Shown here piece after piece: positions 1 to 10,812 of a stretch of 64,000 nucleotides of DNA. This DNA comes from Eledone cirrhosa (Eukaryota). A program made the position numbers and the translations under genes. Where the stretch lies: positions 405,356,001 through 405,420,000 of the forward strand of contig OZ024741.1 in assembly GCA_964016885.1 (NCBI GenBank). The letters run 5' to 3'. Under the pieces are notes generated by a model. That model did not search any database, was not told the DNA's origin, and saw only the letters and a list, made by a program, of their open reading frames with translations. How positions within the stretch are numbered: position 1 is the stretch's first letter; each line of letters begins with the position of its first letter.

Positions 1-44
1 TGTAACTCTCTTCTTCTAGTTTCATCCCTCTCACATCTCACATA

Positions 45-2318
45 TGTTACCCTCATCGTCTAGTTTCTTCCCTCTCACATCTAACCTATGTAACTCTCTT
101 CTCCTAGTTTCTCCCCTCTCACATCTCACATATGTAACTCTCTTCTTCTAGTTTCTTCCCTCTCACATCTCACGTATGTAACTCTCTTCTTCTAGTTTCT
201 TCCCTCTCACATCTCACATATGTAACTCTCTTCTCCTAGTTTGTTCCCTCTGACATCTCACATATGTAACTCTCTTCTCCTAGTTTATTCCCTCTCACAT
301 CTCACCTATGTAACTCTCTTCTCCTAGTTTCTTCCCTCTCACATCTCACATATGTAACTCTCTTCTTCTAGTTTCTTCCCTCTCACATCTCACCTATGTA
401 ACTCTCTTCTAATTTCTTCCCTCTCACATCTCACCTATGTAACTCTCTTCTCCTAGTTTCTCCCACATCTCACCTATGTAACTCTCTTCTAGTTTTTTCC
501 CTCTCACATCCCACATATGTAACTCTCTTCTTCTAGTTTCTTCCCTCTCACATCTCACCTATGTAACTCCCTTCTCCTAGTTTCTTCCCTCTCACATCTC
601 ACATATGTAACTCTCCTCTCCTAGTTTCTTCCCTCTCACATCTCACCCATGTAACTCTCTTCTCCTACTTTCTTCCCTCTCACATCTAACATATGTAACT
701 CTCTTCTTCTAGTTTCTTCCCTCTCACATCTCACATATGTAACTCTCTTCTTCTAGTTTCTTCCTTCTCACATCTCACCTATGTAACTCTCTTCTCCTAA
801 TATCTTCGCTCTCACATCTCACCTATATAACTCTCTTCTCCTAGTTTCTTCCCTCTTACATCTCACATATGTAAATCTCTTCTTCTAGTTTCTTCCCTCT
901 CAAATCTCACCTATGTAACTCTCTTCTCCTAGTTTCTTCCCTCTCACATCTAACATATGTAACTCTCTTCTTCTAGTTTCTGCCCTCCCACATCTCACAT
1001 ACGTAACTCTCTTCTTCTAGTTTGTTCCCTCTCATATCGCGCCTATGTAACTCTCTTCTCCTAGTTTCTTCCCTCTTTTATCACGCCTATGTAACTCTCT
1101 TCTCCTACTTTCTTCCCTCTGACATCTCACCTATGTAACTCTCTTCTCCTAGTTTCTTCCCTCTCACATCTCACCTATGTAACTCTCTTCTTCTAGTTTC
1201 TTCCCTCTCTCATCTCACCTATGTCACTCTCTTCTCCTAGTTTCTTCCCTCTCACATCTCACCTATGTAATACTCATCTCCTAGTTTTTTCCCTCCCACA
1301 TCTCACCTATGTAACTCTCTTCTTCTAGTTTCTTCCCTCTCGCATCTCACCTATGTAACTCTCTTCTCCTAGTTTCTTCCCTTCCACATGTCACATATGT
1401 AACTCTACGCTCCTAGTTCCTTACCTCTCACATCTCACCTATGTAACTCTCTTCTCCTAGTTCCTCCCCCTCACATCTCACCTATGTAACTCTCTTCTCC
1501 TAGTTTTTCCCCTCACACATCTCACATATGTAAATCTATTCTCATAGTTTCTTCCCTCTCACATCTCACCTATGTAACTCTCTTCTCCTAGTTTCTTCCA
1601 TCCCACATCTCACCTATGTAACTCTCTTCTCCTAGTTTCTTCCCTCTCACATCTCACATATGTAACTCTATTCTTCTAGTTTCTTCCCTCTCACATCTCA
1701 CATATGTAACTCTCATCGTCTAGTTTCTTCCCTCTCAAATCTCACCTATGTAACTCTCTTCTCCTAGTTTCTTCCCTCTCACATCTCACATATGTAACTC
1801 TTTTCTTTTAGTTTCTTCCCTCTCACATCTCACATATGTCACTCTCTTCTCCTAGTTTCTTCCCTCTCACATGTCACGTATGTAACTACCTTCTTCTAGT
1901 TTCTTCCCTCTCACATCTCACATATGTAATTCTCTTCTCCTAGTTTCTTCCCTCTCACACCTCACACATGTAACTCTCTTCTTCTAGTTTCTTCCCTCTC
2001 ACATCTCACCTGTGTAACTCTCTTCTCCTAGTTTCTTCTCTCCCACATCTCACATATGTAACTCTCCTCTCCTAGTTTCTTTCCTCTCACATCTCACCCA
2101 TGTAACTCTCTTCTCCTAGTTTCTTTCCTTCTCACATCTCACATAATTAACTCTCTTCTTCTAGTTTCTTCCCTCTCACATCTCACCTATGTAACTCTCT
2201 TCTAGTTTCTTCCATCCCACATCTCACCTATGTAACTCTTTTCTCCTAGTTTCTTCCCTCTCACATCTCACATATGTAACTCTCTTCTTCTAGTTTCATC
2301 CCTCTCACATCTCACATA
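45..2318. repeat. One complete 52-monomer HOR unit (2274 bp)
   Basis: 52x44 = 2288, and the internal indels (-3, -5, -3, -1, +1, -3) sum to -14, giving 2274, which equals the marker spacing. A near-identical copy lies at 25431-27704 and shares the private variant AACTCTATTCTTCTAG (~1665 and ~27050). Confidence 0.88.
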
Positions 2319-5300
2319 TGTTACCCTCATCGTCTAGTTTCTTCCCTCTCACATCTAACCTATGTAACTCTCTTCTCCTAGTTTCTCCCCTCTCACATCT
2401 CACATATGTAACTCTCTTCTTCTAGTTTCTTCCCTCTCACATCTCACGTATGTAACTCTCTTCTTCTAGTTTCTTCCCTCTCACATCTCACATATGTAAC
2501 TCTCTTCTCCTAGTTTGTTCCCTCTGACATCTCACATATGTAACTCTCTTCTCCTAGTTTATTCCCTCTCACATCTCACCTATGTAACTCTCTTCTCCTA
2601 GTTTCTTCCCTCTCACATCTCACATATGTAACTCTCTTCTTCTAGTTTCTTCCCTCTCACATCTCACCTATGTAACTCTCTTCTAATTTCTTCCCTCTCA
2701 CATCTCACCTATGTAACTCTCTTCTCCTAGTTTCTCCCACATCTCACCTATGTAACTCTCTTCTAGTTTTTTCCCTCTCACATCCCACATATGTAACTCT
2801 CTTCTTCTAGTTTCTTCCCTCTCACATCTCACCTATGTAACTCCCTTCTCCTAGTTTCTTCCCTCTCACATCTCACATATGTAACTCTCCTCTCCTAGTT
2901 TCTTCCCTCTCACATCTCACCCATGTAACTCTCTTCTCCTACTTTCTTCCCTCTCACATCTCACATATGTAACTCTCTTCTTCTAGTTTCTTCCCTCTCA
3001 CATCTCACATATGTAACTCTCTTCTTCTAGTTTCTTCCTTCTCACATGTCACCTATGTAACTCTCTTCTCCTAATATCTTCGCTCTCACATCTCACCTAT
3101 ATAACTCTCTTCTCCTAGTTTCTTCCCTCTTACATCTCACATATGTAAATCTCTTCTTCTAGTTTCTTCCCTCTCAAATCTCACCTATGTAACTCTCTTC
3201 TCCTAGTTTCTTCCCTCTCACATCTAACATATGTAACTCTCTTCTTCTAGTTTCTGCCCTCCCACATCTCACATACGTAACTCTCTTCTTCTAGTTTGTT
3301 CCCTCTCATATCGCGCCTATGTAACTCTCTTCTCCTAGTTTCTTCCCTCTTTTATCACGCCTATGTAACTCTCTTCTCCTACTTTCTTCCCTCTGACATC
3401 TCACCTATGTAACTCTCTTCTCCTAGTTTCTTCCCTCTCACATCTCACCTATGTAACTCTCTTCTTCTAGTTTCTTCCCTCTCTCATCTCACCTATGTCA
3501 CTCTCTTCTCCTAGTTTCTTCCCTCTCACATCTCACCTATGTAATACTCATCTCCTAGTTTTTTCCCTCCCACATCTCACCTATGTAACTCTCTTCACTT
3601 ACTTTCTTCCCTCTCACATCTCACCTATGTAACTCTCTTCTCCTAGTTTTTTCCCTCCCACATCTCACCTATGTAACTCTCTTCTTCTAGTTTCTTCCCT
3701 CTCGCATCTCACCTATGTAACTCTCTTCTCCTAGTTTCTTCCCTTCCACATGTCACATATGTAACTCTACGCTCCTAGTTCCTTACCTCTCACATCTCAC
3801 CTATGTAACTCTCTTCTCCTAGTTCCTCCCCCTCACATCTCACCTATGTAACTCTCTTCTCCTAGTTTTTCCCCTCACACATCTCACATATGTAAATCTA
3901 TTCTCATAGTTTCTTCCCTCTCACATCTCACCTATGTAACTCTCTTCTCCTAGTTTCTTCCATCCCACATCTCACCTATGTAACTCTCTTCTCCTAGTTT
4001 CTTCCCTCTCACATCTCACATATGTAACTCTCTTCTTCTAGTTTCTTCCCTCTCACATCTCACATATGTAACTCTCATCGTCTAGTTTCTTCCCTCTCAA
4101 ATCTCACCTATGTAACTCTCTTCTCCTAGTTTCTTCCCTCTCACATCTCACATATGTAACTCTTTTCTTTTAGTTTCTTCCCTCTCACATCTCACCTATG
4201 TTACTGACTTCTCCTAGTTTCTTCCCTCTCACATGTCACGTATGTAACTACGTTCTTCTAGTTTCTTCCCTCTCACATCTCACATATGTAATTCTCTTCT
4301 TATAGTTTCTTCCCTCTCACACCTCACACATGTAACTCTCTTCTTCTAGTTTCTTCCCTTTCACATCTCACCTGTGTAACTCTCTTCTCCTAGTTTCTTC
4401 CCTCCCACATCTCACATATGTAACTCTCCTCTCCTAGTTTCTTCCCTCTCACATCTCACCTATGTAACTCTCTTCTCCTAGTTTCTTTCCTTCTCACATC
4501 TCACATAATTAACTCTCTTCTTCTAGTTTCTTCCCTCTCACATCTCACATATGTAACTCTCTTCTCCTAGTTTCTTCCCTCTCACATCTCACATATGTAA
4601 CTCTCTTCTTCTAGGTTCTTCCCTCTCACATCTCACATATGTAACTCTCTTCTCCTAGTTTATTCCCTCTCACATCTCACCTGTGTAACTCTCTCCCCCT
4701 AGTTTCTTCCCTCTCACATCTCACCTATGTAACTCTCTTTTCCTTGTTTCTTCCCTCTCACATCTCACCTATGTAACTCTCTTCTTCTAGTTTCATCCCT
4801 CTCACATCTCACATATGTTACCCTCATCGTCTAGTTTCTTCCCTCTCACATCTAACCTATGTAACTCTCTTCTCCTAGTTTCTCCCCTCTCACATCTCAG
4901 ATATGTAACTCTCTTCTTCTAGTTTCTTCCCTCTCACATCTCACGTATGTAACTCTCTTCTTCTAGTTTCTTCCCTCTCACATCTCACATATGTAACTCT
5001 CTTCTCCTAGTTTGTTCCCTCTGACATCTCACATATGTAACTCTCTTCTCCTAGTTTATTCCCTTTCACATCTCACCTATGTAACTCTCTTCTCCTAGTT
5101 TCTTCCCTCTCACATCTCACCTATGTAACTCTCTTCTTCTAGTTTCTTCCCTCTCACATCTCACATATGTAACTCTCATCGTCTAGTTTCTTCCCTCTCA
5201 CATCTCACCTATGTAACTCTCATGTCCTAGTTTCTTCCCTCTCACATCTCACATATGTAACTCTCTTCTTGTAGTTTCTTCCCTCTCACATCTCACGTAT

Positions 5301-6429
5301 GTAACTCTCTTCTTCTAGTTTCTTCCCTCTCACATCTCACATATGTAACTCTCTTCTCCTAGTTTGTTCCCTCTCATATCTCACATATGTAACGCTCTCC
5401 TCCTAGTTTCTTCCCTCTCACATCTCACCTATGTAACTCTCTTCTCCTAGTTTTTTCCCTCTCACATCTCACCTATGTAACTCTCTTCTTCTGGTTTCTT
5501 CCCTCTCGCATCTCACCTATGTAACTCTCTTCTCCTCGTTTCTTTCCTCCCACATGTCACATATGTAACTCTACTCTCCTAGTTTCTTCCCTCTCACATC
5601 TCACCTATGTAACTCTCTTCTCCTAGTTTCTTCCCCCTCACATCTCACATATGTAACTCTCTTCTCCTACTTTTCCCCCTCTCACATCTCACATATATAA
5701 ATCTCTTCTCCTAGTTTCTTCCCTCTCACATCTCACCTATGTAACTCTCTTCTAGTTTCTTCCATCCCACATCTCACCTATGTAACTCTTTTCTCCTAGT
5801 TTCTTCCCTCTCACATCTCACATATGTAACTCTCTTCTTCTAGTTTCTTTCCTCTCACATCTCACATATGTAACTCTCATCGTCTAGTTTCTTCCCTCTC
5901 AAATCTCACCTATGTAACTCTCTTCTCCTAGTTTCTTCCCTCTCACATCTCACATATGTCACTCTCTTCTCCTAGTTTCTTCCCTCTCACATGTCACGTA
6001 TGTAACTACCTTCTTCTAGTTTCTTCCCTCTCACATCTCACATATGTAATTCTCTTCTCCTAGTTTCTTCCCTCTCACACCTCACACATGTAACTCTCTT
6101 CTTCTAGTTTCTTCCCTCTCACATCTCACCTGTGTAACTCTCTTCTCCTAGTTTCTTCTCTCCCACATCTCACATATGTAACTCTCCTCTCCTAGTTTCT
6201 CTCACATCTCACCTATGTAACTCTCTACTAGTTTTTTCCCTCTCACATCCCACATATGTAACTCTCTTCTTCTAGTTTCTTCCCTCTCACATCTCACCTA
6301 TGTAACTCTCTTCTAGTTTCTTCCATCCCACATCTCACCTATGTAACTCTTTTCTCCTAGTTTCTTCCCTCTCACATCTCACATATGTAACTCTCTTCTT
6401 CTAGTTTCATCCCTCTCACATCTCACATA
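2319..6429. repeat. 4111-bp composite HOR (2497 + 1614 bp subunits)
   Basis: Marker spacings 2319 to 6430, 4816 to 8927 and 18967 to 23078 all equal 4111. The copy at 18967 shares the private variants TTACTGACTT (4201 and ~20849) and CTCAGATATG (~4896 and ~21544). Confidence 0.85.
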
Positions 6430-9234
6430 TGTTACCCTCATCGTCTAGTTTCTTCCCTCTCACATCTAACCTATGTAACTCTCTTCTCCTAGTTTCTCCC
6501 CTCTCACATCTCACAAATGTAACTCTCTTCTTCTAGTTTCTTCCCTCTCACATCTCACGTATGTAACTCTCTTCTTCTAGTTTCTTCCCTCTCACATCTC
6601 ACATATGTAACTCTCTTCTCCTAGTTTGTTCCCTCTGACATCTCACATATGTAACTCTCTTCTCCTAGTTTATTCCCTCTCACATCTCACCTATGTAACT
6701 CTCTTCTCCTAGTTTCTTCCCTCTCACATCTCACATATGTAACTCTCTTCTTCTAGTTTCTTCCCTCTCACATCTCACCTATGTAACTCTCTTCTAATTT
6801 CTTCCCTCTCACATCTCACCTATGTAACTCTCTTCTCCTAGTTTCTCCCACATCTCACCTATGTAACTCTCTTCTAGTTTTTTCCCTCTCACATCCCACA
6901 TATGTAACTCTCTTCTTCTAGTTTCTTCCCTCTCACATCTCACCTATGTAACTCCCTTCTCCTAGTTTCTTCCCTCTCACATCTCACATATGTAACTCTC
7001 CTCTCCTAGTTTCTTCCCTCTCACATCTCACCCATGTAACTCTCTTCTCCTACTTTCTTCCCTCTCACATCTCACATATGTAACTCTCTTCTTCTAGTTT
7101 CTTCCCTCTCACATCTCACATATGTAACTCTCTTCTTCTAGTTTCTTCCTTCTCACATCTCACCTATGTAACTCTCTTCTCCTAATATCTTCGCTCTCAC
7201 ATCTCACCTATATAACTCTCTTCTCCTAGTTTCTTCCCTCTTACATCTCACATATGTAAATCTCTTCTTCTAGTTTCTTCCCTCTCAAATCTCACCTATG
7301 TAACTCTCTTCTCCTAGTTTCTTCCCTCTCACATCTAACATATGTAACTCTCTTCTTCTAGTTTCTGCCCTCCCACATCTCACATACGTAACTCTCTTCT
7401 TCTAGTTTGTTCCCTCTTATATCGCGCCTATGTAACTCTCTTCTCCTAGTTTCTTCCCTCTTTTATCACGCCTATGTAACTCTCTTCTCCTACTTTCTTC
7501 CCTCTGACATCTCACCTATGTAACTCTCTTCTCCTAGTTTCTTCCCTCTCACATCTCACCTATGTAACTCTCTTCTTCTAGTTTCTTCCCTCTCTCATCT
7601 CACCTATGTCACTCTCTTCTCCTAGTTTCTTCCCTCTCACATCTCACCTATGTAATACTCATCTCCTAGTTTTTTCCCTCCCACATCTCACCTATGTAAC
7701 TCTCTTCACTTACTTTCTTCCCTCACACATCTCACCTATGTAACTCTCTTCTCCTAGTTTTTTCCCTCTCACATCTCACCTATGTAACTCTCTTCTTCTA
7801 GTTTCATCCCTCTCGCATCTCACCTATGTAACTCTCTTCTCCTAGTTTCTTCCCTTCCACATGTCACATATGTAACTCTACGCTCCTAGTTCCTTACCTC
7901 TCACATCTCACCTATGTAACTCTCTTCTCCTAGTTCCTCCCCCTCACATCTCACCTATGTAACTCTCTTCTCCTAGTTTTTCCCCTCACACATCTCACAT
8001 ATGTAAATCTATTCTCATAGTTTCTTCCCTCTCACATCTCACCTATGTAACTCTCTTCTCCTAGTTTCTTCCATCCCACATCTCACCTATGTAACTCTCT
8101 TCTCCTAGTTTCTTCCCTCTCACATCTCACATATGTAACTCTCTTCTTCTAGTTTCTTCCCTCTCACATCTCACATATGTAACTCTCATCGTCTAGTTTC
8201 TTCCCTCTCAAATCTCACCTATGTAACTCTCTTCTCCTAGTTTCTTCCCTCTCACATCTCACATATGTAACTCTCTTCTTTTAGTTTCTTCCCTCTCACA
8301 TCTCACCTATGTTACTCTCTTCTCCTAGTTTCTTCCCTCTCACATGTCACGTATGTAACTACGTTCTTCTAGTTTCTTCCCTCTCACATCTCACATATGT
8401 AATTCTCTTCTTATAGTTTCTTCCCTCTCACACCTCACACATGTAACTCTCTTCTTCTAGTTTCTTCCCTTTCACATCTCACCTGTGTAACTCTCTTCTC
8501 CTAGTTTCTTCCCTCCCACATCTCACATATGTAACTCTCCTCTCCTAGTTTCTTCCCTCTCACATCTCACCTATGTAACTCTCTTCTCCTAGTTTCTTTC
8601 CTTCTCACATCTCACATAATTAACTCTCTTCTTCTAGTTTCTTCCCTCTCACATCTCACATATGTAACTCTCTTCTCCTAGTTTCTTCCCTCTCACATCT
8701 CACATATGTAACTCTCTTCTTCTAGGTTCTTCCCTCTCACATCTCACATATGTAACTCTCTTCTCCTAGTTTATTCCCTCTCACATCTCACCTGTGTAAC
8801 TCTCTCCCCCTAGTTTCTTCCCTCTCACATCTCACCTATGTAACTCTCTTTTCCTTGTTTCTTCCCTCTCACATCTCAACTATGTAACTCTCTTCTTCTA
8901 GTTTCATCCCTCTCACATCTCACATATGTTACCCTCATCGTCTAGTTTCTTCCCTCTCACATCTAACCTATGTAACTCTCTTCTCCTAGTTTCTCCCCTC
9001 TCACATCTCACATATGTAACTCTCTTCTTCTAGTTTCTTCCCTCTCACATCTCACGTATGTAACTCTCTTCTTCTAGTTTCTTCCCTCTCACATCTCACA
9101 TATGTAACTCTCTTCTCCTAGTTTGTTCCCTCTGACATCTCACATATGTAACTCTCTTCTCCTAGTTTATTCCCTCTCACATCTCACCTATGTAACTCTC
9201 TTCTCCTAGTTTCTTCCCTCTCACATCTCACCTA

Positions 9235-10812
9235 TGTAACTCTCTTCTTCTAGTTTCTTCCCTCTCACATCTCACATATGTAACTCTCATCGTCTAGTTT
9301 CTTCCCTCTCACATCTCACCTATGTAACTCTCATGTCCTAGTTTCTTCCCTCTCACATCTCACATATCTAACTCTCTTCTTGTAGTTTCTTCCCTCTCAC
9401 ATCTCACGTATGTAACTCTCTTCTTCTAGTTTCTTCCCTCTCACATCTCACATATGTAACTCTCTTCTCCTAGTTTGTTCCCTCTCATATCTCACATATG
9501 TAACGCTCTCCTCCTAGTTTCTTCCCTCTTACATCTCACCTATGTAACTCTCTTCTCCTAGTTTTTTCCCTCTCACATCTCACCTATGTAACTCTCTTCT
9601 TCTGGTTTCTCCCCTCTCGCATCTCACCTATGTAACTCTCTTCTCCTCGTTTCTTTCCTCCCACATGTCACATATGTAACTCTACTCTCCTAGTTTCTTC
9701 CCTCTCACATCTCACCTATGTACCTCTCTTCTCCTAGTTTCTTCCCCCTCACATCTCACATATGTAACTCTCTTCTCCTACTTTTCCCCCTCTCACATCT
9801 CACATATATAAATCTCTTCTCCTAGTTTCTTCCCTCTCACATCTCACCTATGTAACTCTCTTCTAGTTTCTTCCATCCCACATCTCACCTATGTAACTCT
9901 TTTCTCCTAGTTTCTTCCCTCTCACATCTCACATATGTAACTCTCTTCTTCTAGTTTCTTTCCTCTCACATCTCACATATGTAACTCTCATCGTCTAGTT
10001 TCTTCCCTCTCAAATCTCACCTATGTAACTCTCTTCTTCTAGTTTCTTCCCTCTCACATCTCACATATGTAACTCTCATCGTCTAGTTTCTTCCCTCTCA
10101 CATCTCACCTATGTAACTCTCATGTCCTAGTTTCTTCCCTCTCACATCTCACATATGTAACTCTCTTCTTGTAGTTTCTTCCCTCTCACATCTCACGTAT
10201 GTAACTCTCTTCTTCTAGTTTCTTCCCTCTCACATCTCACATATGTAACTCTCTTCTCCTAGTTTGTTCCCTCTCATATCTCACATATGTAACGCTCTCC
10301 TCCTAGTTTCTTCCCTCTCACATCTCACCTATGTAACTCTCTTCTCCTAGTTTTTTCCCTCTCACATCTCACCTATGTAACTCTCTTCTTCTGGTTTCTT
10401 CCCTCTCGCATCTCACCTATGTAACTCTCTTCTCCTCGTTTCTTTCCTCCCACATGTCACATATGTAACTCTACTCTCCTAGTTTCTTCCCTCTCACATC
10501 TCACCTATGTAACTCTCTTCTCCTAGTTTCTTCCCCCTCACATCTCACATATGTAACTCTCTTCTCCTACTTTTCCCCCTCTCACATCTCACATATATAA
10601 ATCTCTTCTCCTAGTTTCTTCCCTCTCACATCTCACCTATGTAACTCTCTTCTAGTTTCTTCCATCCCACATCTCACCTATGTAACTCTTTTCTCCTAGT
10701 TTCTTCCCTCTCACATCTCACATATGTAACTCTCTTCTTCTAGTTTCTTTCCTCTCACATCTCACATATGTAACTCTCATCGTCTAGTTTCTTCCCTCTC
10801 AAATCTCACCTA
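9235..10812. repeat. 789-bp (18-monomer) tandem reiteration
   Basis: CATGTCCTAG occurs at 9332 and 10121. The string TTGTAG / AACGCTC / TCTGG / CTCGTT / TATAAATC is repeated. This explains the 2403-bp unit as 1614 + 789. Confidence 0.82.

Noticed and set aside
797-820. CENP-B box-like motif at the TCTTCGC variant
   Set aside because: Only TTCG matches. The downstream A and CGGG of the nTTCGnnnnAnnCGGGn core are absent.
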